Of a DNA stretch of 64,000 nucleotides, positions 1 through 12,667 are shown one piece after another. Position numbers and translations under genes: made by a program. The notes beneath the pieces were generated by a model. It made no database searches. It saw nothing but the letters and a program-made list of their open reading frames with translations, and was not told the DNA's origin. Each line of letters opens with the position of its first letter. Positions within the stretch are counted from its first letter, which is position 1. Source of the DNA: Octopus vulgaris (Eukaryota); assembly GCA_951406725.2 (NCBI GenBank), contig OX597819.1:116250001-116314000 (forward strand). The letters are read 5' to 3'.

Positions 1-42
1 TATGACTATTTTAATATTTACAACGCCTATTTCCATTCCATA

Positions 43-1228
43 TATTGGGTTGGTAACTAAGTTCCCGCATATTTTTAAATTTAAATTTTTTGAGAGGTTT
101 AATGAAAAATAACAACTAATTAATCAATAATGTATTCACCCTTGTTGTTTACAACTTTTTCCCAACGTTCAACTAGATTTTCAATACCTCGTTGGTAGAA
201 ATCACCCGATTTCGACTCGAAAAATCGATCCAACCAAGCTCTCAATTCTGCATAGCATTTGAAAGAGATTGAAAGAGGTGGAAATCTGTTGGTGCCAAAT
301 CAGGAGAGTACAGTAGGTATGGTAGCACTTCCCAGAAATGCGTTTGAATGGCTTCCTTCGTCATATTGGCAATTTGCGGGCGGGTGTTGTCGTACAGCAG
401 AAGAACTCCATGCGGCCCATTACGTATTTTCTCTTGAATAGCGGTGTTGAATCGTTCCATCTGTTGAACATGCAGTTTTGCGTTGACCGTTTGGTTCCGT
501 TCATGCAATTCGTAATGGATAATCCCTTCCCAGTCCCATCATACGCACAACATCGTTTTACATGAATGAAGATCTTGTTTCATGCGCGGTGTCGTTTGTT
601 TATCGGGACTAAGCCATTCCTTAAGCTGCTTCATATTGATGTGCAGGCACATTTTTTCGTCGCCAGTAACGATTCTGTAAAGAAATCGTTGCTTGTATCC
701 ATGAGTTGAGCAGTGACATGCAAGCAAACCAGCAGAGATTGTGGCTCGTTGATTATTGTTGTTGTCACTTAAAGCATGCGGAACCAATGCACCATACTTC
801 TGAACCTTTTCCATCGAATGAAGATGCTTCTCCATAGCAATGTGGGAGCATTTCATTTTCTGTGGCAGTTTCCTTGTCGTTTGATGAGAATTTTCCCTAC
901 ATCAATCACCAATCACGAGTGGTTCTTTCAGCTATGGCACCTTCATACACAGCACAAATATCACGGACAGCTTTTGCGGCTTTAGAACCTTGATTAAAAA
1001 GCAAAATGAAGGAGTCAAGTTAAGAAAAATGCTCGTTTTTCTTAACTTCACATTGCATTTTAATGATCTGAAAATTAACAAAAATTAACTGAAATTAATT
1101 TGAAATAAAAAATAGATTCCAAAACGATTCAAAAATAGAATTCTCGAAAAACAATATTCCAAAATTTAAAACTGCAATAAATTCCAAAATCTAAAAAACA
1201 CTGCGGGAACTTTATTGCCAACACAATA
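43..1228 (-). mobile_element. Mariner DNA transposon, full length, decayed transposase
   Basis: Imperfect ~27-bp TIRs (43 TATTGGGTTGGTAACTAAGTTCCCGCA; 1202-1228 TGCGGGAACTTTATTGCCAACACAATA) with TA at the left flank. Minus-strand ORF fragments carry mariner motifs ALVPHAL (WVPHEL-like), IVTGDEK, YDNTRP and YSPDLAPTDFHLF. Confidence 0.93.
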
Positions 1229-1536
1229 TTATAGAAATTGTATAGAAACTTGTTAGAGTTCGAAATTCTTTGAAAAATAAAACATATTAGAAACAAAAGG
1301 GAGATTAGCGTCTTACCATGACTTATCTTTTCGTGACTTAATAACTTCCATTTAATGCATTCTAGAATAACACTGAATAGACTTAGAGAAAGGACAGATT
1401 AATACTGACATATTTGTATGAATAGTTTGACTCAAACTTACTAATCGATTGACGTCACACGGAAAATGGCACAACATGGCTCAGACGCTTCAATCTCAGT
1501 AGTAAGGCAGTTAGAGTTTCTGAATAAGAAATCAGT

Positions 1537-1750
1537 TTATTCTTTTATTCTTTTATTTGTTTCAGTCATTGACTGCGGCCATGGTGGAGCACCGCCTTTA
1601 CTCGAGCAAATCGACTCCAGGACTTATTCTTTGTAAGCCTAGTACTTACTCTATCGCGTTCTCTTGTCGAACCGCTACGTGAGGGGGTCGTGTACACACA
1701 CATGCATCGGTTGTCAAGCGATGTTGGGGGCACAAACACACACATGCACG

Positions 1751-1791
<41 letters not shown>

Positions 1792-2165
1792 TGAGCTGGC
1801 AGAAACGTTAGCGCGCCGGGCGAAATGCTTAGCGGTATTTCGTCTGTCGTTACGTTCTGAGTTCAAATTCCGCCGAGGTCGACTTTATCTTTCATCCTTT
1901 CGGGGTCGATAAATAAAGTACCAGTTTCGCACTGGGGTCGATGTAATTGACTTAATCCCTTTGTCTGTCCTTGTTTGTTCCCTCTATGTTTAGCCCCTTG
2001 TGGGTAGTAAAGAAATATATATATATATATATACGATGGGCTTCTTTAAGTTTCTGTCTACCAAATCCAATCACAAGGTTTTATTCGGTCCGAGGCTATA
2101 GTAGAAGACACATGCCCAAGGTGCCATGCAGTGGGACTGAGCCCGGAACCATGTGGTTGGTAAGG
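1537..2165 (-). mobile_element. tRNA-derived SINE with internal microsatellite (same family as 57957-58392), interrupted by another SINE
   Basis: 1537-1740 and 2033-2165 are reverse complements of the 3' and 5' halves of the copy at 57957-58392. Confidence 0.85.
1790..2015 (+). mobile_element. tRNA-derived SINE with Nin/Deu-like central domain
   Basis: Head GGTGAGCTGGCAGAAACG, B-box-like GTTCAAATTCC, then CTTTCATCCTTTCGGGGTCGATAAATAAAGTACCAG. Many other copies occur in the window. Confidence 0.8.
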
Positions 2166-2399
2166 AACACCAAATGATACCCGCAATATTTGTATGATCA
2201 TATATTGTACTTTTTAAAATTTACTATTGGTAAGATGATGCCAGAAATTATCATGATAAGTTAATAATAGTTAACAATTTCGCTGTTGAGGTCAATAATG
2301 CAGTCGTTAATTTCTGAATGGTGTTTCAAATATATTTTCTATTACAATACTAACGTTACTTATTTATATCTACTGAAGAATATTCTTCGCTCCTGGAAA

Positions 2400-2830
2400 G
2401 CAACCTGATTTACTAAGTACCATTTCTACTTTTAGCTTTTGTAAAGTAAAACATATAGGCGAACATGCACAGTAAGACAGGCAGCTAAGCCATACGACAT
2501 CTTAATCATCGAAATTTATGCTCCAACTAGCGATTATAAGGATGAAGTAGAAAAGAAATTGTATGAAGTGCTAGAAAAAGAAAATTGGTGAAGTAAAGTA
2601 AATAAAAGTCATACCTATAATTCAAGGTGACAAGAATGGAAAGATTGGATTACATGCTCATAATACTTGCAAAACAGCACTTGGTAAATACTGGTTGAAA
2701 AACAGAAAAAAGGAAAAACATTGCAATGTAGAGAAAGATTATTGGAATTTGCGAAAAAACAGGACTTAATTATACTAAACACAATACATCAGCAAAACAA
2801 TGGTCTATGTGGAGAGAAATAACAAATTCA
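2400..2830 (+). pseudogene. Degenerate RTE-type APE endonuclease fragment
   Basis: Manual translation gives LIIEIYAPTSDYKDEVEKKLYE, IIQGD.NGKIG and ERLLEFAKKQDLIILNT, typical of RTE/BovB endonuclease. Stops and frameshifts present. Confidence 0.7.
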
Positions 2831-3017
2831 TTCCTATCCTCCGTATCTAAATACATCAATTAACAATAAATAAAGCTAACACTCATTAGTTTTTGTTTCT
2901 TTTATTCAGGTGCAGTATCACTTAAGTATTTTATACATAGTGAACTCCATGCTTTGAGCCAGGAAGACATACTCTGTCATGCATAAATTTATATGTATAT
3001 ATATATGTATATGATAG

Positions 3018-3092
<75 letters not shown>

Positions 3093-3271
3093 CATGTGTG
3101 TATTACTTGTAAGTATGTATATGTATATATACACACATAATATATATACATGTATGTATATATATATACATATATTTATACATATATGTATGTATATATA
3201 TATATACACATATATATGCATGCATATATATATATATATATACGAGAAAGAAGCAACAAGAATGGATTAGT

Positions 3272-3362
3272 TTTTAGTACAATTGTTTCATACAAAGACA
3301 GGCTTTATTACAAGTTGCAAAAATTGCAGCAGATAAAAGTGTCCCGTACTCATCAGCTAAAA
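3272..3362 (-). ncRNA. Type I hammerhead ribozyme motif with long stem II
   Basis: Minus strand: TTTTAG-CTGATGA-GTACGGGACA...TGTCTTTGTAT-GAAAC-AATT-GTA-CTAAAA. Stem I TTTTAG/CTAAAA; palindromic stem III ACAATTGT; cleavage triplet GUA. Lies in a ~225-bp element (3243-3466) flanked by (TA)n. Confidence 0.8.
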
Positions 3363-3501
3363 TACATTTGAGTTCTCTAGACATCTTAGTGGGTGAGGTT
3401 ATACTCATGAAATATTGGAGATAGTTCCATTAGAGGCAGATATAGGTTGTAAACAGTTTTCCAAAGTATATATATATATATACACACACACATATATACA
3501 C

Positions 3502-3549
<48 letters not shown>

Positions 3550-3556
3550 ATGTGTA

Positions 3557-4806
3557 CAGTGTGCGGACGGTATTTGAGAAAACTTGCATTTTTAGTCCTT
3601 TTTTTATTTGACTAATTTTTATTGAACTTCTATTTCAGAAAATAACAATGACAGGTACTATGCTTACTAATGAAATAAAAAGGCATGCTGTGATTGTGGC
3701 CTTGAAGGCTAAATATGGTCAACTTGAAATTTCTTGTTTTCTGAAAGTAACAAGATTTTTTGTCCACAAGATTCGGTGTGTGTTAGAGAAAGAAGATATC
3801 AAAACGTAAAAAACATTCCAAACGTTCTGATTCTATCAGGACACTTGAATTTATTCAGGACGATAAGCAAAACATTGAAGACAATCCACGAAAATCATTG
3901 AGAGCAATTGCAAAATAATTTCGTGTGTCAGAAAACTCAATCAGAAATGTTGTGCATGAAGGCATGAGATACAAATCTTACGTAATTAACAGTGGTCAAT
4001 TCATGTCAGAATAAACAGAGTAAAGCAAAATCGTTTAATCAGATCCGAAAGACTTTTGAACAAACATAAAAATACATTAGTAGACGGTATGATTTGGTTT
4101 TCTGCACGTGAGAAAAACTTTGACCAGGACCAGAAAGCTAACAGAAGAAATAACAGCTGTCTATGTGCAGACCCTACTGAAGTTCCAAGAGTAAAGCACA
4201 GAAAATCTCCAAGTGTCATGGTTTTGGTTGCTGTTAGCAACCAATGAAGGACATGCGATAACTCTCCATATTTTTACACAGGGCCTTAGGGGGAATGCTG
4301 TTGCATATATTATGTTTCTAGATCACGTTGTTCAGCCTTTGATCAACAGTGAAAGCAAAGCAAGGCCTTATGTCTCTCATCAAGATTCTGCACCATCACA
4401 AAAGGCTCAAATGATACAAAAATGGATGGCCGAAAATTTGCATGGTCACATGACCCCCAACATTTGGCCTCCTAATTCTACGGATCTCAATCCACTGGAC
4501 AACCACGATTGGGGCCTCGTTGAGAAAAATCTCAATCAACACTCCCATTGCACCAAAGATTCTTTGAAAGACACCATAATTCAAATCAGGTCTGATATGA
4601 ACAAAGACCACTTAATCAAAGCTTGTAAACGATTTCGACCCCTCGTAGAAGCATTTGTGGATGTTTATGGTAGTTTTATTCAATTAAATTATTAAATTCA
4701 TAATTAGCTTTATGTCTGTTATTTTTATATAAATACAGTTTTTTTCTGTTATTATATAAGTGTTTATTTAAAACCATAAATCTGTCCTCGATTACCGTCC
4801 GACCTG
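3557..4806 (+). mobile_element. DD37D (maT/Bmmar1-type) Tc1/mariner transposon, decayed
   Basis: Imperfect TIRs CAGTGTGCGGACGGTA / TACCGTCCGACCTG with TA on both sides. Transposase motifs WFSAREKNFDQDQ, HQDSAPS and WPPNSTDLNPLD, with 37 residues between the second and third catalytic D. Confidence 0.88.
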
Positions 4807-4925
4807 TATGTATGTATATATATATATATATATATATAATACAGTTCTATACTTAAGAGATGATGAATTATGTACATTATTAATTTTTGTACATTTGACG
4901 GATACTTGTCCTCATCTTGCTTGTT

Positions 4926-4971
4926 AACACAACGTTTCGGCTGATATATACTTCAGCCTTTATCAGGTATC
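4926..4971 (-). ncRNA. Type I hammerhead-like motif, core G8>A (probably inactive)
   Basis: Minus strand: GATAC-CTGATAA-A-GGCTGA-agtatata-TCAGCC-GAAAC-GTT-GTGTT. Perfect 6-bp stem II and AACGTT palindrome. Confidence 0.65.
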
Positions 4972-5005
4972 TTGGGGAAATTTCGAACCAGGGTTTTTCG
5001 ATCTG

Positions 5006-5044
<39 letters not shown>

Positions 5045-5167
5045 ATCACTGCCTGAAATTGAGCTCGGAATCTTGGTGTCAGTAGCCCACGCACTTAACC
5101 ACTACGCCATATGACTGAAACCATTGAAAAACTAGGAGTATATATATATATATATACATGCATTTAC

Positions 5168-5198
<31 letters not shown>

Positions 5199-6101
5199 CT
5201 ACCTTAAATATTTTCAGGTACGTGGTATTTCGTTATGCAAACCCAATATACTATAATGTATACCAAATATTTTCTGCGTCAGCAGTGTTCTTAAATTATT
5301 TTTATTTGCTTATTTCGGCAGATATTCTATAGAACTTATACTTATAGCCAGCACGGATTCTTGCTACAACGTTTCGTATAGCGACGTCAGACAAAAGTGG
5401 GTAATGAGTGTATATTCCATATTTCGCGTTTTTTGTCCCTTCATCAGCACCCATTTCACACACTGTTGAATCCGAACGCATTACTTATATAGCCACCGCA
5501 TACATCGGTGTCTATATAAGGAATATTCAACTATCTAGAGATATTCTGTGTTATTTTTTAAAACATTTTTTACATTTGATCCGAGTTTTCAAAAGACATC
5601 TTCGAATGTCTTGTTTGATAATGTACCCACATACACTAGGCACGCACAAGCAGACCCGCACACACATACATAGAAACAGACGCGCGTGCGCGCGCGCGCA
5701 CACACACACGCGCGCGCGTAAAAACACAAAGAGAAATCACAAAGAGATGTATATGCTGTATGTATGCACCTGCAGGCATGGGTATGGTTGTGTGCTTACG
5801 AAATTTGCTTCCCATGCACGTGGTCTCGGGTTTAGCCTCACTGGGCATCATCTTGACGAATCAATATGGTAGCCAAAAACCTGTGTGGAAGTCGGTCTTA
5901 TATAAAAGTGTGTATGTCTCTTCTTTGCATGTCTCTTCATTTGTGTTTGTCTTGTTCAAGCCTCCTGAAATTAGTACTTCGTTAAAAGTACGGGACAAAT
6001 GAAAAACTGGCGTCCCATTTCATTTACTAAGATCTTTAAAGTCCATTTTTATCCTGCCGAAAGCCCGTGACTGAAGCAAGTAAAAGAGCAAACACACACA
6101 A

Positions 6102-6140
<39 letters not shown>

Positions 6141-6247
6141 CGCATACACACATTTACACATATAGAGTATGTATATAGGAGTATAAGAATGTATACGGAC
6201 ATACAAGTTAAAATTTATGGACGATCATAGAGTATCCAATTTTTTTC

Positions 6248-6953
6248 GCGCCTACACAAACTTTAGCAGTATTGGCAACTCGTCAGGCTCACATGGATGA
6301 AGGGGCATAAACTCTCTACTACTGGAAGAAATACGTAACAATCTGTTGGTTTCGGGAGCAAACATATAGTTGTCCTTTCCATAGGTGGGAAGAGTTGTTT
6401 CCCTAACTTTGGCTCCGGCGTGATGATATTCGAGGGAGCTGTGCCGGATCTATTCGATGAATGAGGAAGTCCAGGTTTGCAGTAAACATTTCAGATGAGA
6501 GCATTGGCTGAATATTTTTTCCAGTTGCTTAAAAAGATCTCAGGGTCGAGCGATGTTTTTTTTTAAAGAATTCTTTCTCCCTCTGGTAACTCAAGCTTGC
6601 AGCATTTGCTTCTGCCTATATAAGTCCCTAGTTGTTCACGGAGGTTTTATTTAATTATTTATGGAGTTCCTTCCTCTTTAAAGCATCAAACGTGATTGGA
6701 AAGAGACGTGACGTTGCGCCATTCCGCTATCCTGAAAAGAAGACTTTTGCTTGTCTTTCGAATATCATCACAGCCGAAACAGATGTAAGGGCGAAAACTC
6801 CATCCCACCTGAAGTATGGACAATTCTGATTTTTAAAATTTTTCTACAATTAACTGACCGTTACGTATTTCTGCCTCCAGTTGTAGAGAGTTTATGAGCC
6901 TTCAATCATTTGAATATGACAAGTCGCCTATAGTGCTCTTAGTAGTATAGGCA
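6248..6953. repeat. Diverged long inverted repeat (arms ~6248-6433 and ~6759-6953)
   Basis: Blocks CGAATATCATCAC, CCCACCT, GTTACGTATTTCT and GTAGAGAGTTTATG recur in opposite orientation and collinear order. Confidence 0.75.
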
Positions 6954-7799
6954 ACCAATGGTCACTCAATGAACTGCCACAACTTTTAACTTCCTAAATA
7001 TTTATAAATATATGTGCGTACACACGCGCACACACACACACAAACATACACACACATACATGTCTACACACACATACATTTGTGTGTTTACGGTTTGCAG
7101 CAGATTTATGTTGATATATTGTAGGAGATTTTTTTAATTATCTAACTTTCATATATATTTTGACATAAATATCGATAAAATATTCATTCAATTTTTGCAA
7201 GTATATATGCGAATCTATTTGTACTTATGTATATATGGATATTTGAATACTTTGTTATGAAACGTTCTAGCGTGCTGACGCAAAATAGAGAACGGAATAA
7301 TCGAATCTGTATATTTTGTGATCGAAAAATTGTTATTCAGCCATAACACTTAATGATTCATAAACGGTACTGAACCTCAGGGAAGGGATAAACTATTTTG
7401 TTACTGATGTCCATTTTCCGACGTCGAAACTTACGTAATTGAAGTCGCTATATTCAGAATGCGAATAGAAATTCAATATCGTGTTCAGCAAGCGTATTTA
7501 TATGCATCCACCCTCACACTCATACAGCCTTAAGAATATATTAATGAGAACAATTAATTGTGTCTCGCAAAAAAATATTTATTTATAACACCTGATTACA
7601 GATATGTGTGGACCGTGAAGTATACGCATGTTCCTACTGTAATATAGATACTTTTAGATGTTCACGCAAAAATATATAAACCTCCGAGTGCTTGTGTGGG
7701 TGTTCATGACTGTGTATATATGTATTGATATATGTACGTAGGTGTGTGCGTAAAACAAGATGTATATATGTATATGTGTATAGATATGACATATATCTT

Positions 7800-7835
<36 letters not shown>

Positions 7836-9145
7836 CGTACTATATACATATGTGTGTACATGCGTGTGTGTATGTACATATTTTTATAGTGATGAAAATT
7901 TCCGGCATCGCAATCACCTCACATCTTCGTTGACACTAATGCTTTACTTGAATATTATCTTAGATTTTTCCTAAAGATTTATATGTGACTAATGGGAGTG
8001 AATTTGGTTAATCTGCTACACACTGAAAGAATTTCTTTCATTCAATCCTCTAAAGACTAAATTACTTAAGTAGTTAGGATTCGTGATAAGAAAGATTATA
8101 AAGTTCTCTGTAATTTTAAGTTTTCCCAAATGTCAAACTCGGGAATTATCGGCGAACCTCAGTTATAGCTTGCCTCTGAAAATGCATTCGATTAATTGTT
8201 CCTGCAAGTCTTATATTATAAATATCATTAGAAGAGAAATACTAGTGACAAGCCAGAGGAGCATTAGAATATGAAATTGGTAATTTTTCTGCAAGAAAAT
8301 ATATATAAAAATCTTTGGTGAATTTTACAGTAATTGCTTTCCATTTACAACGGTTATTAAAGAAGATGAGGTTTTGGGCCGCTAGGTTATTACGGAAGAA
8401 CTTATCCTAGAAAATAGTAGCATAAATATTATATTTTCAGCAGCTGTAATGCATCATCCACACATCTATAATTATAGTCAGACAGCTGTGTAGAGTATGT
8501 AAATAGGTGACGATATTGCATATATTAACTGAAGTAATATTGATTTCTTTTAATCGCTACAACGTCTCAGATTTATAGCAAGAGGGAGCAAAATGAGATT
8601 CATGACTTTTTGAAGAATATGAATGAAGAGAAGGAAGGAAAGGGCTCATAACAATAAATATAGAAATAAATTAATAAAAACATAATAAAGTCTCATCGCA
8701 GGTTCGAGTTACGCCTCCTCTACCTTGTTCACAATTAAGCAATAATGGACACTTTTATCAAGATAAAACCCCCTATGATTTCGGGAGATATAAAACATGG
8801 GTTGGCAGCATTAATTTTTTCACTCCTAATGTTGGAAAAGGAAACTGAAATTAAATGGATTTCCTCGGGGAAACGAAATTAACTGCTTAGATTCTTTCAG
8901 AAGATATATCAGCTATTTTCGTGGTATAGTCAATTATTGAGATCAATATTTTGTATTGAATAAAGCATACAGCAGTATTAGATTGAAGACAACTATGTTG
9001 ATTTATATTGAAATGTATATGTTGTTCCTTTGAACAAGTCAGGAGGTGAGATATTAAATATATTGATGCAATAAGTACCTACTGCTTTGAACATTTCAAA
9101 TCTCTCACTCTCTCTTTCTCTCTGTATACACACACACACACACGT

Positions 9146-9193
<48 letters not shown>

Positions 9194-9222
9194 GTATATG
9201 TATATGCATATATATATGTATA

Positions 9223-9269
<47 letters not shown>

Positions 9270-10499
9270 GTCTGTCTGTATGTGTGTATGGTAATGGATA
9301 CGATGAGTTCCCATAACCATATACAGGATTATATTCACAAATACTCATACATAGACACAGAAACACACAGAGGTGCCTACTTGCACACACTCTCGCACAC
9401 ACATCACACACACACGCGCGCACTCACGTTTGGCCAGAAGGACAGACTAATACGGGTCGATCAAATACCATATATAACTTTGCAATATAACTTTGTAATT
9501 TGTTAACATTACCATTGCTTCGAGACGACGCGAAGCAAAATAGTTATGAAGACCATATCCGCTTGGGAAGGAGAGATGAACTACAAATTCAAGGATGAAG
9601 AATGGTCAAAGTCTGTAAACTATTAAGAAGAGGCTTAATTTCTGTAGATAAACGAGAGCTGTTTACACGCCTTTCTATGCCAATAGGTATCATCGGTTCG
9701 CCAGTTTTCCAATGATGTTCTCAGTAGCAAAGGAATTAATTCTAAAGATAATATCCTCTCCTCATATTTAGCTGCCCTTAGTTACCACTTGATAATCATA
9801 GAACATCTATATTTAAAGATATACTCGATATTCTTATGATATTTCAAGAAAGACTTTCTTAAATTTCAATAAGTATTTCAAAAAGAATTAGAAAAAGAGA
9901 ATGACACGAACGTTTTGGAATGAAGTTTTCGAATTGTGTGATAACATTTTTGTTGTACAGTTGTTCAAACACGTGTTATGCTGTAATCCGTATATAAGAA
10001 GTTCTTATTGGTAATGGTGTTCCTTATTCGCGGCTTAATCTTGGATTTAGGGTTCTCATAGAGTATTATTCATTTCCTTTTCTTAGTTTATCATTTTCTT
10101 TATTATTTTGCAAGCAGGAAATATTTAGAATTTTCTACTTGCACAAATGCTTAGCTGTTCACTACGTGGAACATTTCTAAGGGGTGACACCCTGTTGTGT
10201 TATGTAATCTCACATGGGGAGATTGCGTAATTTTGATCTTGTTTGTCCGTAACAATGTTCATTGCATTGTGAGCATGTTAAACAGTACTTGATTTTTTTT
10301 TGTTTTGTTCTGCAATTCATGTTAGTATTAACATTCAATTCCTTCCCATTTTTGTCTTTTGGATTTTTCCCTTCCGAATTATTTGATATGCAACACAACG
10401 AAAGCCTTCACAGTTTGTTACCTGCACTATTCTTGTTCCAATGTGAACAAGAATTTGCATTTGTAGGTATGTTTTGAGATTTGACTGTTATTGAGAACT

Positions 10500-11010
10500 A
10501 TGAATATAAAAATCGTCTGAGATTTTGCAGTCCAATGTGGCACATTAGTCGATGCACGGAGAACAGTGCCGTAGATAAAAGAAAAAGGAAACCAAGATCA
10601 TAGATATCGCTATACTTGGGGATGCACACGTAGATGACAAATAAAAATACTAAAAGACGAAATTTCAAGAATGTGGGCATGAGGAGAGTAACCGTTATAC
10701 CTGTAGCTGCTGTGGGACTGGGATCCCTAGCAACCAAGTTCGAAGAATATGCCGGAGAATCTGAAATAGACATCAGAGCAGAAGAGCCCCTCCCCCCAAA
10801 TAGCTTTATTGGGGACTGCAAGAATTTTAAGATTTATGCTTGGGAATTAAATGGCTTTCACAATCAAATTAGCATCCAAGTATCACCGATTATAATATGC
10901 GGAAAGAGACCATGTGAGATTTATGACAACAGGCTCTGCCCGCTCACACAGAGTCAACTGCTACTTAGACCCTGCTTTTAAGGGGTAAAATATTAATAAT
11001 AAAAATAATA
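10500..11010 (+). pseudogene. Old R4/Dong-type RLE 3' fragment
   Basis: IIDIAILGDAHVDDK and RRVTVIPVAAVGLGSL resemble the C-termini of the Dong elements in this window; followed by (TAA)n. Confidence 0.6.
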
Positions 11011-11040
11011 TTAAAATAATAACAATAATAATAATAATAA

Positions 11041-11372
11041 TTGGCATTTACAATGGAGATTGCCACAATTGGCCTAGACACCTAACTGAAAAACTCTGAC
11101 AACTGGATGCTAAAACTTGCCTCAAAACATGAGAGCAAGAAAGCAACATACTCAGTGACAAAACAGGCAAAGAAATATCTAAGTGAATTCCAAATACATC
11201 AAATTACAGAATTAGACATGCTAGAAAGAAGCTAAGCGTATGAAAACCCCTGCTAAAACTGCTGCCTTAGAGATTCTGACTGATAAATGGCAAGAAAAAC
11301 CTCTCAATGGCAAATACCCCAAAAGAGCAAATAAAGCTGATGTTGACAAATGGCTAATGGCTTCTAGATTAA
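11041..11372 (+). pseudogene. R4/Dong-type fragment (family of 24634-25857)
   Basis: Begins right after (TAA)n. DKWQEKPLNGKYPKRANKADVDK matches ORF 24685-25269. Confidence 0.8.
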
Positions 11373-11464
11373 AATATTTCTCTGAATTTACTTCACTGAA
11401 ATTATATATATATATATGTTTACAAAGTCTAGACAGGTATCTTCAGCCAGCAGGCCATACTACT

Positions 11465-11505
11465 CCAGACTGATGACGAGCTAAGACTCGGAAACATGTC
11501 TCTGG
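11465..11505 (+). ncRNA. Type I hammerhead ribozyme motif, canonical core
   Basis: CCAGA-CTGATGA-CGAG-ctaaga-CTCG-GAAAC-AT-GTC-TCTGG. Palindromic stem III ACATGT; GUC triplet. Stem I extends via GGCC/GGCC and CAGCC/GGCTG. Confidence 0.85.
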
Positions 11506-11722
11506 GTGCAGGCCTAGCTGTTGGGGCTGTTTGTCTCCCCTTTGTAAACATAAGAACACAGGAAATGTGTCAAGGCCGACAGGAAGCGTTGATGCTTTCT
11601 AGGGCTAAATAGCGGTGGTGTGATTCCCTTTACGGGACTGTCACGTTAAGTTGACAATACACAACTGCTCTATCGTTCCACCATTGCTTATATCTCTCTG
11701 AGATATTTAGAAATTCAATATT

Positions 11723-11789
<67 letters not shown>

Positions 11790-11812
11790 AGAGAGAGAGA
11801 GAGAGAGAGAGG

Positions 11813-12197
11813 GAGTTTACGAAAAGGAAAAACCCAAAAGACGAAGACAGGTGGTGTACAAAATACAGATGTATTAGTATAACGCTCAGGAATAGAAAAA
11901 AAGTCTTTTATGTTTCTACAGAAATGGACAGAGAAAAAAACAAGGGGAGAAAAAAATGTGTATAATGGCTAACGATCCATCATGGCGACTATCATGTTGA
12001 TTCGTTAGCTACTGCACGCATTTTTTTCTCTCCTTCTTTCTGTGTTTTTCTCTCTCTGTGTATCTTTCTGTTGAAGAGCGTAGGCTCGAAACGTTAAAGA
12101 CTTGTTTTATTTATATTTCCTGAGCGCCATACTAATACAATTGTTCGTTTGTTTTCCACCTGCCTTCGTCTTTTGTTTATTTTCATAAAGCTTCCCG

Positions 12198-12200
<3 letters not shown>
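11813..12200. mobile_element. Inverted dimer of a short HHR-bearing Penelope-type non-autonomous element
   Basis: The ~190-bp arms are diverged reverse complements and are flanked by microsatellite. A monomer of the same family lies at 39323-39562. Confidence 0.75.
12063..12100 (+). ncRNA. Minimal type I hammerhead variant (core CUGUUGA)
   Basis: TCTTT-CTGTTGA-A-GAGC-gtag-GCTC-GAAAC-GTT-AAAGA. Confidence 0.7.
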
Positions 12201-12246
<46 letters not shown>

Positions 12247-12355
12247 CATATATATATAAATATATACATACATATATACATATATAGCAAAAACTGTCCG
12301 ACGAACTCAGAGTAACAGGTTTTGTTGAATTTTCTGCTGCTTTAAATAAATATAT

Positions 12356-12529
12356 GGTATTAAGGGGTACCACCACGATGAAAATAGCAGCAAAAACCTG
12401 ACTCTAAAATCACACTAAATGTTCATACAGCACCTTGAGAGAAATTTAATTACTTGTATGAACATTTAATGTGGTTTTGGAGTCAGATTTTGATTGCTAT
12501 TTTCAGCGTTGTAGTATCTCTTAGATACC
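12356..12529. repeat. Hairpin/MITE-like palindrome, ~70-bp arms
   Basis: GAAAATAGCAGC...CTGACTCTAAAATCACACTAAATGTTCATACA pairs with TGTATGAACATTTAATGTGGTTTTGGAGTCAG...TGCTATTTTC. Confidence 0.7.
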
Positions 12530-12626
12530 CTAAATTCTAATTTTGATAATAATTATTACCTTTGAACGTTTTTATTCTCATGTTGGCCACTTGATAAGAT
12601 CGATATTTAAATTAACGATCGTATCC

Positions 12627-12667
<41 letters not shown>

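Noticed and set aside
5362-5398. Minus-strand CTGACGT..GAAACGTT
   Set aside because: Incomplete core; stems I and II pair poorly.
7401-7440. CTGATGTC..GACGTC-GAAAC hammerhead-like string
   Set aside because: The core lacks G8-A9 in register with the stem, and stem III does not form.
9540-9720. AWEGEMNYKFKDEEWSK, reminiscent of L1/Tx1 C-terminal regions
   Set aside because: Short, ends in a stop, and has no supporting motifs.
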